Below, piece after piece: positions 51,050 through 61,542 of a stretch of DNA of 64,000 nt. The first letter of the stretch is position 1, and every line of letters begins with the position of its first letter. The notes beneath the pieces were generated by a model. It had not been told where the DNA came from. It saw only the letters and a list, made by a program, of their open reading frames with translations, and did no database searches. The stretch comes from Octopus vulgaris. Lineage: Eukaryota. The stretch spans positions 20,150,001 to 20,214,000 of the forward strand of contig OX597826.1 in the NCBI GenBank assembly GCA_951406725.2. The letters run 5' to 3'. The position numbers were made by a program, and so were the translations under genes.

Positions 51050-53548
51050 TCACTTGTCCTGCCGGGTCTTCTCGCGCACAGCACACTTCCAGAGGTCTCG
51101 GTCTCTAGTCATTTCCTCAGTGAGACCTAAAGTTCGAAGGTCGTGCTTCACCACCTCGTCCCAGGTTTTCCTGGGTCTGCCTCTTCCACAGGTTCCCTCA
51201 ACCGCTAGGGTGTGGCACTTTTTCACACAACTATCTTCATCCATTCTCGCCACATGACCATACCAGCGCAAACGTCTCTCTTGCACACCACAACTGATGC
51301 TTCTTAGGTCCAGCTTTTCTCTCAAGGTACTTACACTCTGCCGAGTGTGAGTACCGGCATTACACATCCATCGGAGCATACTGGCTTCATTTCTAGCGAG
51401 CTTACGCATATCCTCAGCAGTCACGGCCCATGTTTCACTGCCATGTAGCATGGCTGTTCGTACACACGCATCATACAGTCTGCCTTTCACTCTGTGCGAG
51501 AGGCCTTTTGTCACCAGCAGAGGTAAGAGCTCTCTGAACTTTGCCCAAGCTATTCTTACTCTAGCAGTTACACTTTCAGCACACCCGCCCCCGCTGCTGA
51601 CTTGGTCACCTAGGTAACGGAAACTATCAACTATTTCTAGTTTTTCTCCCTGGAAAGTGACGGAAGTTGGTCTCAGAGCATTTTCAGTGTTTATTGTTCC
51701 TGAGCATCTGCCACATACAAAAACCATCTTCCTAGTTAGCCTTCCTTTGACATTGCTGCATCTCTTATGTGTCCATAGCTTACACTTGGTGCATCTTATA
51801 GAGTTTCTACCTACACCTATTCTACAGATCGAGCAGGGCCATCTACCTGAAGGTGTTTGTGATTTGTCTACCTTCCTACTGATTACGACTTTGGTTTTAG
51901 CTAGATTGACTCTGAGGCCCTTCGATTCTAATCCTTGTTTCCACACCTGAAACTTCTCCTCCAGTTCTGATAGCGACTCAGCAATTAGAGCAAGGTCATC
52001 AGCATAGAGGAGCTCCCAAGGGCATCCTGTCTTGAATTCCTCCGTTATTGCCTGGAGGACTATGATAAATAGGAGGGGGCTGAGTACTGAGCCTTGGTGG
52101 ACTCCTACCTCTACCCGGAATTCTTCACTGTACACATTTCCAACCCTCACCCTACTAGCGGCGTCCCTATACATGGCCCGCACAGCTCTCACTAACCATT
52201 CATCTATCCCTAGTTTCCTCATTGCCCACCAGATAAGGGATCGGGGGACCCTGTCGAAGGCTTTCTCCATGTCAACAAAAGCCAGGTACAGGGGCTTATC
52301 TTTGGCTAGGTATTTCTCCTGCAGCTGCCTTACCAGGAATATAGCATCAGTAGTACTTTTCCCTGGCACAAACCCAAACTGCATCTCATCTAAACTAACT
52401 CTCTCTCTAATTAGTTGGGCTATGACCCTCTCCGTAACCTTCATCACCTGGTCCAACAGCTTGATACCTCTGTAGTTATTTGTATCTAGGGCATCACCTT
52501 TACCTTTGTAGCAGTTGACTATTATACTGCTACACCAGTCATTGGGTATGACCCCTTTGTGTATCACCTGATTAACTATACGGATGACTAGGCTATAGCC
52601 GACACTACCAGACATTTTGAGCATCTCTGCAGTGATTCCTGATGGGCCTGGGGCTTTCCCTGTCTTCATGCTTCTAATTGCCTTAGCTACCACGGAACTA
52701 TCAACTCGGATAGCTGGTCCCTCTGTTGGGTCAACATTCGGCAGACTCTCTTTATCCCATTCATTTTCTTCATTCAGCAACCTTTCATAGTGGCATCTCC
52801 AAACCTCTCTCTTTGCATCCTCATTTAGCGCAAGTGAACCATCTTCCATGCGAACACACTTCTCTCCTACCACATCATGATTCTCTCTCACACACTGTCT
52901 TGCAACACGAAACACCTCCAGTCTTTGGTCCTCACGGCGCAGAACATTGGCAAATTTTTTCTTATCTGCTTCCCCTCTGGCTAAATAAACCTGTCTCCTA
53001 GCTTCTCTTTTGGCAGTCTGATACAATCCCCTGCTACCCCCATTTTTCCAGACCTTCCAAGCCTGTCTCTTTTCTCTAATAGCCCTGTCTACAATATTGT
53101 TCCACCACCACGTTATTCTAGGTCGAGAGGGGACTTTGCACCAGCCACAGATCTGGTCAGTGGCTCTCAGCAGGTTGTCCCTTAGAAACGTCCAGCTGTC
53201 TTCTACCCCCTGTGATGCTCTATCCCCTTCTACTTCGTCAGAGGCTTCAAGTAATATGTCCCTAAATCTCTGTCCATTTGCAGGATCTTTAAGCTTCCAG
53301 ATCCTTCTTCTCCATATTTGTCGTCTTCTGGTTGTCCTCCTAGTCCTGATCCTAAAGTCACTAACTACCAGTCTATGTTGTGGGGTACATTCTTCACCTG
53401 GGAAGGTTTTGGCATTTATAAGCAGCCATCTCTCCCTTTGCCTTGTAAGGATGTAGTCAATTTGGCTGGTATGTTGGCCCGATTGGTAAGTGACTAGGTG
53501 GCTGGTAGGTTTCCTGAAGTTAGTGTTGCGGCATTTATAAGCAGCCAT
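51050..53548 (-). CDS. RTE ORF: APE endonuclease C-terminus, reverse transcriptase and embedded PHD-type finger (832 aa)
   Basis: SQIDYIL and QHRLVV (APE end); KAPGPSG, YRGIKLL, QFGF, FVDMEKAFD, GVHQGSVLSP, YADD, FRYLG and RRLRWYGHV...GRPRKTW (RTE RT). Confidence 0.95.
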   Translation of the reverse strand: MAAYKCRNTNFRKPTSHLVTYQSGQHTSQIDYILTRQRERWLLINAKTFPGEECTPQHRLVVSDFRIRTRRTTRRRQIWRRRIWKLKDPANGQRFRDILLEASDEVEGDRASQGVEDSWTFLRDNLLRATDQICGWCKVPSRPRITWWWNNIVDRAIREKRQAWKVWKNGGSRGLYQTAKREARRQVYLARGEADKKKFANVLRREDQRLEVFRVARQCVRENHDVVGEKCVRMEDGSLALNEDAKREVWRCHYERLLNEENEWDKESLPNVDPTEGPAIRVDSSVVAKAIRSMKTGKAPGPSGITAEMLKMSGSVGYSLVIRIVNQVIHKGVIPNDWCSSIIVNCYKGKGDALDTNNYRGIKLLDQVMKVTERVIAQLIRERVSLDEMQFGFVPGKSTTDAIFLVRQLQEKYLAKDKPLYLAFVDMEKAFDRVPRSLIWWAMRKLGIDEWLVRAVRAMYRDAASRVRVGNVYSEEFRVEVGVHQGSVLSPLLFIIVLQAITEEFKTGCPWELLYADDLALIAESLSELEEKFQVWKQGLESKGLRVNLAKTKVVISRKVDKSQTPSGRWPCSICRIGVGRNSIRCTKCKLWTHKRCSNVKGRLTRKMVFVCGRCSGTINTENALRPTSVTFQGEKLEIVDSFRYLGDQVSSGGGCAESVTARVRIAWAKFRELLPLLVTKGLSHRVKGRLYDACVRTAMLHGSETWAVTAEDMRKLARNEASMLRWMCNAGTHTRQSVSTLREKLDLRSISCGVQERRLRWYGHVARMDEDSCVKKCHTLAVEGTCGRGRPRKTWDEVVKHDLRTLGLTEEMTRDRDLWKCAVREKTRQDK

Positions 53549-53651
53549 CTCTCCCTTTGCCTAGCCATCTCTCCCTTTGCCTAGCCATACAGATATGCTG
53601 ATGCAAAGAGGAAAAATAGAACTCAAAATATGAGTATATGTATAGTTTTAT

Positions 53652-53781
53652 TAATCTTTAGCAGAAGCAACAAAGTGATATATAAGGGTTGAGAGATTCA
53701 TACATTGGCACTTACCAAAGTTGATAAGTGCCAATGCACGGAATTCTCGGCCCTTGAGTCACTCTGTTGCTTCTGCTAAAG

Positions 53782-53785
<4 letters not shown>
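53652..53785. repeat. ~134-bp imperfect foldback hairpin
   Basis: TAATCTTTAGCAGAAGCAAC...CATTGGCACTTA / TAAGTGCCAATG...GTTGCTTCTGCTAAAGATTA. Confidence 0.85.
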
Positions 53786-53824
<39 letters not shown>

Positions 53825-54262
53825 GAGCTCTCTCTCACATGTATGCATGCATGCACACACACACACACACACTCACAGGCCTCTGCACATCTTCTATTCA
53901 GCACAAAGCTTGGATTGACCTGAGCCTACTGTAAAAGATGTTTGCCACATGGGACATAGGGATTGAACCTGGCATTATGTGCTTGCAAATTACCCTCTCA
54001 ACTTTTATGGAAAGTGTTTTAATATAATGGAACCCAATGCTATTGTTAGTATTATTATTAAGGCAGTGAGCTGGCAGATTCGTTACCAACGCTTAAATGG
54101 CATTTTGTCTATCTGTACGTTCTGAGTTCAAATTCCACCAAGGTTGACACTGCCTTTCATCCTTTCAGGATCAAGACAATAAATACCAGTTGAGCAGTGG
54201 GGTTATTGTAATCCACTAGTACCTTCCCCCAAAATTTGCTGGACTTGTACTAAAATGTGAAA

Positions 54263-54305
<43 letters not shown>

Positions 54306-54359
54306 CATTATTATCATCATTATAATTATTATTATCATCATCATTATAATTATCATTAC

Positions 54360-54404
<45 letters not shown>

Positions 54405-54533
54405 CATTATTATCATCATTATAATTATTATTATCATCATCATCATTATAATTATCATTATTATTATTATTATTATCATTATTATCATCATTATAATTAT
54501 TATTATCATCATCATCATTATAATTATCATTAC

Positions 54534-54584
<51 letters not shown>

Positions 54585-54626
54585 CATCATCATCATTATA
54601 ATTATCATTACTATTATTATTATTAC
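54263..54626. repeat. (ATT/ATC)n array
   Basis: Read directly from the sequence; continues at 55012-55126. Confidence 0.95.
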
Positions 54627-55011
54627 TTTTTTTTTTCTTCTTTCAAATTTGCTTCCATTTCTTGCCGAGTGTCTTCCCGACTCCTAGGGCAAAGAAACTC
54701 ATAGTATACATTGGTAGGCCATTAAACCAAACTCAGTAGTTCGTTCATTTTTTTTTTAATTTTTTTTTTAAGTTAAATTAAAATACATGAGCAGCAACAG
54801 TTCTCACATTGACAATGCTCTTCTCAATACGTGTGATGTACCAGTTAAGACAATCTTTTGCACTTCTTGCAGGGATGGTAAGCCAGGGATCATTCTCATA
54901 TAATTTTCGGTTCCCTTCTTGATCATTCCTAGTGCTCCTACGATCACTGGTATTGTAACTGCCTTGAGATGCCACATTTTCTCAATTTCAATGAGTAGGT
55001 CTTTATATTTT
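54627..55011 (-). mobile_element. 3' fragment of an R4/Dong-like (restriction-like endonuclease) non-LTR element
   Basis: Minus strand 55010-54804 reads KYKDLLIEIEKMWHLKAVTIPVIVGALGMIKKG...EVQKIVLTGTSHVLRRALSM*, followed by a 3'UTR and an A-tail. Embedded in (TAA)n. Confidence 0.8.
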
Positions 55012-55085
55012 CATTACTATTATTATTATTATTATCATTAATATTATTATTATTATTATCATCATCATTAGAATTATTATTATTA

Positions 55086-55125
<40 letters not shown>

Positions 55126-55339
55126 CCTTAGAAATTCGAAGCTTATCCTTTTAATGTCATTATTCAAACATACATTTTATTTATTGTTGATATTTACTTA
55201 TTTTTCTTGCTGCTGCTGTTAACCGCTTTCAATGCCATTTGATACAAGGGCCTCTCTATATTACTATATATACGTGTGTGTGTGTCTGTCTGTGTGTGTG
55301 TGCATGTGTATATATGTATATATATGCATATACATATAA

Positions 55340-55375
<36 letters not shown>

Positions 55376-55669
55376 TATAATGTATATACATACATATGTG
55401 TATGTATATATATATAATGTGTTTGTGTGTGTGTATGTATGTATATATATATATATTTATATATGCGTGTATACATACATACACACATACATAGTACATA
55501 TATATGATGAACTAACTGTTTCTCAGATGCAGCACGGATTTTTGTCAGTGAACAGGTCGCGGATTTTAGCGACGAAAATATTTTGACAAATTAAACTTAA
55601 ATGTTGAAGTGAATCGAACGGCTTTTGTGTGTTTCTTAAATGGCTTACAAACACCTTCCACGCTGCAAT

Positions 55670-55738
55670 TGTTTATATATATATATATCTATATATATAT
55701 ATACATATATATATAATGTATATATATTTATATAATGA

Positions 55739-55770
<32 letters not shown>

Positions 55771-56486
55771 GCATATATATAAGTATGTATGTATGTATGT
55801 ATGCATATATATATGTATGTATGCATATATATATGTGTATGTATGTATGTATGTATGTATGCATATATATATGTGTATGTATGTATGTATGTATGTATGT
55901 ATGCATATATATATGTATGTATGTATGCATATATATATGTATATGTATGCATATATATAATGTATGTATATATATATATATAATGTATGTATATATATAA
56001 TGTATGTGTATATATGTATATATATATATATATAATTTATATATATGTAATGTATATATATATATATATACATAATGTATGTATATATATAATATATGTA
56101 TAATGTATATATATGTATAAGGTATATATATATGTATATAATGTATATATATATATAATGTATGTATATGTGTATATTTATGTGTATGTATATAATATAT
56201 ATATATGTGTGTGTATATATATAATGTGTGTATATATATATAATGTATATATATATCTAATGTGTATATATGTATATATATGACTATATGTGTGTATATA
56301 TATGTATATATGATGTGTATATATATATATAATGTGTATATATATTATGTATATGTACATTATATTATGTAAATATACTTTATATTATGTATTACATATA
56401 TATATGTATATATGTATATATAAGTATATATATATGTATGTATACATATATATGTATGTGTGTGTATATATATATGCATATATATA

Positions 56487-56579
<93 letters not shown>

Positions 56580-56666
56580 TATATATAATGTGTGTATATA
56601 TATATATGTGTATATATATATATTTCTATATGTAATGTATGTGTTTATATATATGCATATATATAA

Positions 56667-56723
<57 letters not shown>

Positions 56724-57039
56724 GTATGTATTTGTCCCTTCCTTCCTTCCTTCAAAATGCTGAGTAGATGAAATGGGGCAACTGATGAAGGGAATGTTCT
56801 TTATGTCACGTGTCCTGTTTCTCTGTTTGCTTCATTCATTGTTCATTTTCTTCTGTTTTTTTTTGTATGTTCTAGTTTCTCATTTTGTCTACGTTTTTTT
56901 ATATCCTCTACTCATATATGCATATATATACATACATATATATGTAGGTATATACATATGTGTATGTATATATGCATATTTATATATCATTTATATGATA
57001 TATATATATTATGTATTTATATATATATATATATATGTG

Positions 57040-57082
<43 letters not shown>

Positions 57083-57153
57083 TATTTATGCACATATATG
57101 TATATATGCATATTTATATATCATTTATATGATATATATATTATGTATTTTTA

Positions 57154-57185
<32 letters not shown>

Positions 57186-57309
57186 ATGTATATATATATA
57201 ATGTGTATATATATATATATATATATATATGCATATTTATGCATATATATGTATATATGCATATTTATATATCATTTATATGATATATATATATTATGTA
57301 TTTATATAT

Positions 57310-57351
<42 letters not shown>

Positions 57352-57370
57352 GTATATATACATATACCTG

Positions 57371-57407
<37 letters not shown>

Positions 57408-57413
57408 ATATAT

Positions 57414-57456
<43 letters not shown>

Positions 57457-57479
57457 GTATATATATATATAATGTATAT

Positions 57480-57562
<83 letters not shown>

Positions 57563-57916
57563 GTATATATATATATAATTGTATATATATATATATATAT
57601 ATATATAATGTATATATATATATGTATATATATATATAATGTATATATATATATAATGTATATATATATATAATGTATATATATATGTATAATGTATATA
57701 TATATATATAATGTATATATATAATGTATATATATATATAATGTATATATATATATATAATGTATATATATATGTATATATATATAATGTATATATATAT
57801 ATATTATGTATTTATATATATATATTTTTGTATATATATATATATGTATATATATATATTATATATTATATATTATGTATATATATATTATTGTGTATAT
57901 GTATATATATTATATT

Positions 57917-57947
<31 letters not shown>

Positions 57948-58010
57948 GTTTAATGCATATTATGTATGTACCTGTATATATATATATATGATGATATGTA
58001 TATATATATT

Positions 58011-58041
<31 letters not shown>

Positions 58042-58194
58042 TCAATTATGTATATTTAATGCATATATATTATGTATGTATCTGTATATATATATATGAT
58101 GATATGTATATATATATTATGTATATGTATGTATATATATGTATGTATCTGTATATATATATATATATGATGATATGTATATATATATATGATG

Positions 58195-58226
<32 letters not shown>

Positions 58227-58925
58227 TATGTATATGTATGTATATATATTATGTATATGTATGTATATATATTATGTATATGTATGTATATATATGTGTA
58301 TATATTATGTATATGTATGTATATATATGTATATATATTATATATATATATGTTATATATGTATATATATATATATATATATGTATAATATATATATATA
58401 TGTATATATATTATTTATATATATTATATATATATATTATGTATATATATATATATTGTATATATCTATATATATATATATATATTATGCTTATATATTA
58501 TATATATATATATCATGTATATATATATTATATTATTCATATATATTATGTATGTATATTATATGTGTATATATATATTATGTATATATATTATATATAT
58601 ACATATATTATGTATGTATATATTATATATATTATGTGTATATATATATTATGTATATATATTATATATATACATATATTATGTATGTATATATTATATA
58701 TATTATATATATACATATATTATGTATGTATATATTATATATATTATGTGTATATATATATTATGTATATATATTATATATATACATATATTATGTATGT
58801 ATATATTATATGTATATATATTTTGTAACTGGTAAGGTATATGTATATATATATTTGCATACATACATATATATGTATGTATGTATATATATACATATAT
58901 ATGTATGTATGTATGTATATGATAT
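55670..58925. repeat. ~3.3-kb complex (TA)n-derived satellite
   Basis: TA/TATG/TAATG/TATTATG sub-arrays, interrupted by a short repeat fragment at 56730-56915. Confidence 0.95.
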
Positions 58926-59250
58926 CTATGAAGCAAACAGCTTAAACTTTCGTATGTTTTTTTTTTGAAATATTTGTTTTGTTATTTTCTTGAAACATTT
59001 CCATGTCACTGAATATCTTTGTTCACAATTGTTTATATAATTACTTTCTGAAAATCCCTGAAACTAAATTATGACCAGACAGGTTTCAAGCCAAACTGTA
59101 ATAAATGTTCAGTTAATTTTTCATAATTCCATTTGCAAAAATATTCTTGTGTTTTGATTGTTGCAAGGAATGGTGATATAATCTTCATTGCTGTAGTGTG
59201 CACAAAATCGCCCTTTATCTGGTCTTAACCAGATGTTTCTTGACTTGTAG

Positions 59251-59454
59251 GCTGTAGCTGTACATTGCCTTATGGGAAGAGGTCGGACAGGCTGTATGCT
59301 GGCTTGCTATTTTGTGAAGGAATGGGAACTGCCTGCCGAAGATGCACTTCGCTACGTGAGGGAATTGAGGCCCGGTTCCATTCAGACTAGAGTACAAGCT
59401 GATGTCGTACGGAAATTTGAGGAAAATTTCAAAGGAGCTCGCGGTATAACATAA
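59251..59454 (+). CDS. DUSP23: DUSP23-like phosphatase, last exon with the catalytic CX5R
   Basis: TTGTAG| acceptor, phase 0. Encodes AVAVHCLMGRGRTGCMLACYFVKEWELPAEDALRYVRELRPGSIQTRVQ...GIT*, matching the DUSP23 VHCxxGxGRTGxMLACY...LRPGSI pattern. Confidence 0.95.
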   Translation, partial: AVAVHCLMGRGRTGCMLACYFVKEWELPAEDALRYVRELRPGSIQTRVQADVVRKFEENFKGARGIT

Positions 59455-59581
59455 AGCTGTGTATATTAGTTGTTAGGACTTTTACTGATTTTTTCCAAGG
59501 AACCCATGGGATAACATAACGCTATGTGTGTTAGATGCTAGGATACACTTTTTTTTTTGACTGATTTTTTTCAAAAAAAAT

Positions 59582-59587
59582 AATAAA
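59582..59587 (+). terminator. First candidate polyadenylation signal AATAAA (another at ~59615)
   Basis: About 130 nt after the stop codon. The AT-rich context makes chance occurrence likely. Confidence 0.3.
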
Positions 59588-61243
59588 AGGAGAAAAAAAT
59601 GAAAATGAGATTTGAATAAAAACTGACAAACTTCACATGTAAGGCTTCACATCATATCTTGTATGCGAATGTTTGAGTTCTGAAATGGACCTTGTTCTTC
59701 AAAAGAATGAGTAAATTAAAAAAAAAAAATGAGACATCATGTGTTGAGGCTTTTTGAAGCTAAGTGCTTAAAAAACAGGAAAATAAAAGCCAGAAAGAAA
59801 AAATACTAAATCTACAACAGAAGCACTTTGGTAAATGTAAATTAATCTATTTTATTTTTATTGGAAAAAGGTTTGTGAGATGTTTTTTATTTCTGTCCAA
59901 AGTTTTCTTCAGAAATTCAACTTAGTGGTGCATCCCTTGTTGAATTTTATTTTCAGCAAAATCAGGGAATTTCTGGAATGGTTTCAGTTATAAATATGTG
60001 TGTGTGTGCCTGTAAATATATGTATATAACTACATATATCTATGTATGACTGTGTATATTTGTGTGCGTGCCTATATATATATATATACACACACACACG
60101 TGTGTGTATGTATGTGTGTCTATATGTATACTTTTTCTTTTTGGAATTTTAGTGTGTATTTGAACTGGTCACTTGTTCTGTGCATGTATAAATGCATGTG
60201 TGTGTGTATACATACATGTATACACATAAATGTATATACATAAATGCATGTATGTGTGTGCACACATATATATCTTTATATATGCACACACACATGCATG
60301 TGTGTGTATGTGTCTGCATGTACATATGTATATATGTATGTATGTATAAATTAATATATATGTATGTACACATGCAAAATATATTTAACAGTAGATAAAT
60401 TATTGTTAGCTGCACCCATTAAAGCTGTCTAATTATCAATTAAACTAAAATATTTCTTGCCAAAATCTAGTTCAGGAATCCTAGAAACATAATTATTTTC
60501 CTGAATTAACATTTAAATTAGTAAATTTAAGTCTTTGTTCTTTCAGCGGAATATCTTAATCTTTAACTCATAATTTTAGTAATTTTTTTTTCTTCGCAGA
60601 ACATAAATTAATTTGTAAATGTAATTAACAAAACAAAAATTTAAAAATTAAAAAAAACCCAAATTACATTTTAAAATTTATTTCTTCAGGCCTTTTTTAA
60701 AAATTTGATGTTTACTAAATAGAAAATTCTTTTGGAAGTTTTGAGGTTGAAAGTTGTGTTTCTTTGGTCTGAATATTTTAACTTATTTCATTAAGAAATT
60801 TCTCAAAAAATACCAGTAAAATGGTATCTTCTGATTTTATACGATCTCAGTCCATTAACAATTAACTTAAAAGTATTGATTTAATTGTAAGGTATATTAT
60901 TTTTTTAAATATATGTTCTAATTAATGTTATCATTTTATTCTATAATTGTTGTTTCTTTAAATGATTTTTCCCAAGTTGCTGTTTTTGGAATTTTGCTTT
61001 CTGTGATTCTTTTGAATATTTTTCATGCTGAGAGATGAAAAAAAAAAAATAAGAGCCCCAAAATTTTAACTTTGAAAGGAAACTTTTATTGTTTTTCTTT
61101 ATTTGGAAACTATAAATGGCTCCATGCATTGGAATTCTTCATGATTTAAATATGAGGGAGCCATTATGTGTTCCTTTTGTTGAACATGCATAAATGGGGA
61201 CACACACATGGACCCAGAGACACAAGCATATGACACACAGATA

Positions 61244-61285
<42 letters not shown>

Positions 61286-61491
61286 GATAAGCAAGCAACT
61301 GCTTATCACACACATGTGTACCCTCTCATTATCTCTCTCTTCTTTGTGTGAATAATGATATAAACACCATTAGGAAGATCAGCTGACTCTAAAAAATATA
61401 TATAACTGATTTAAAATTATATTTAGATTTAAAAAAACCTTTTTTGAATTCACAAAATAATTATCAAATAACTGATTTGAAGAAAGTAATA

Positions 61492-61542
<51 letters not shown>

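Larger units (their letters stand above)
50354..53588 (-). mobile_element. Young 5'-truncated RTE-clade LINE
   Basis: Uninterrupted ORF, ~700-bp 3'UTR, (GAT)n tail and retained CpGs. No target-site duplication was seen. Confidence 0.95.

Noticed and set aside
51657-53456. Plus-strand ORFs overlapping the RTE
   Set aside because: Antisense shadows of the RT coding sequence.
55194-58968. Many long Y/I/C/M-rich ORFs (up to 259 aa)
   Set aside because: Translations of (TA)n/(TG)n microsatellites; the same applies at 12.8, 15.8, 18.2 and 60.1 kb.
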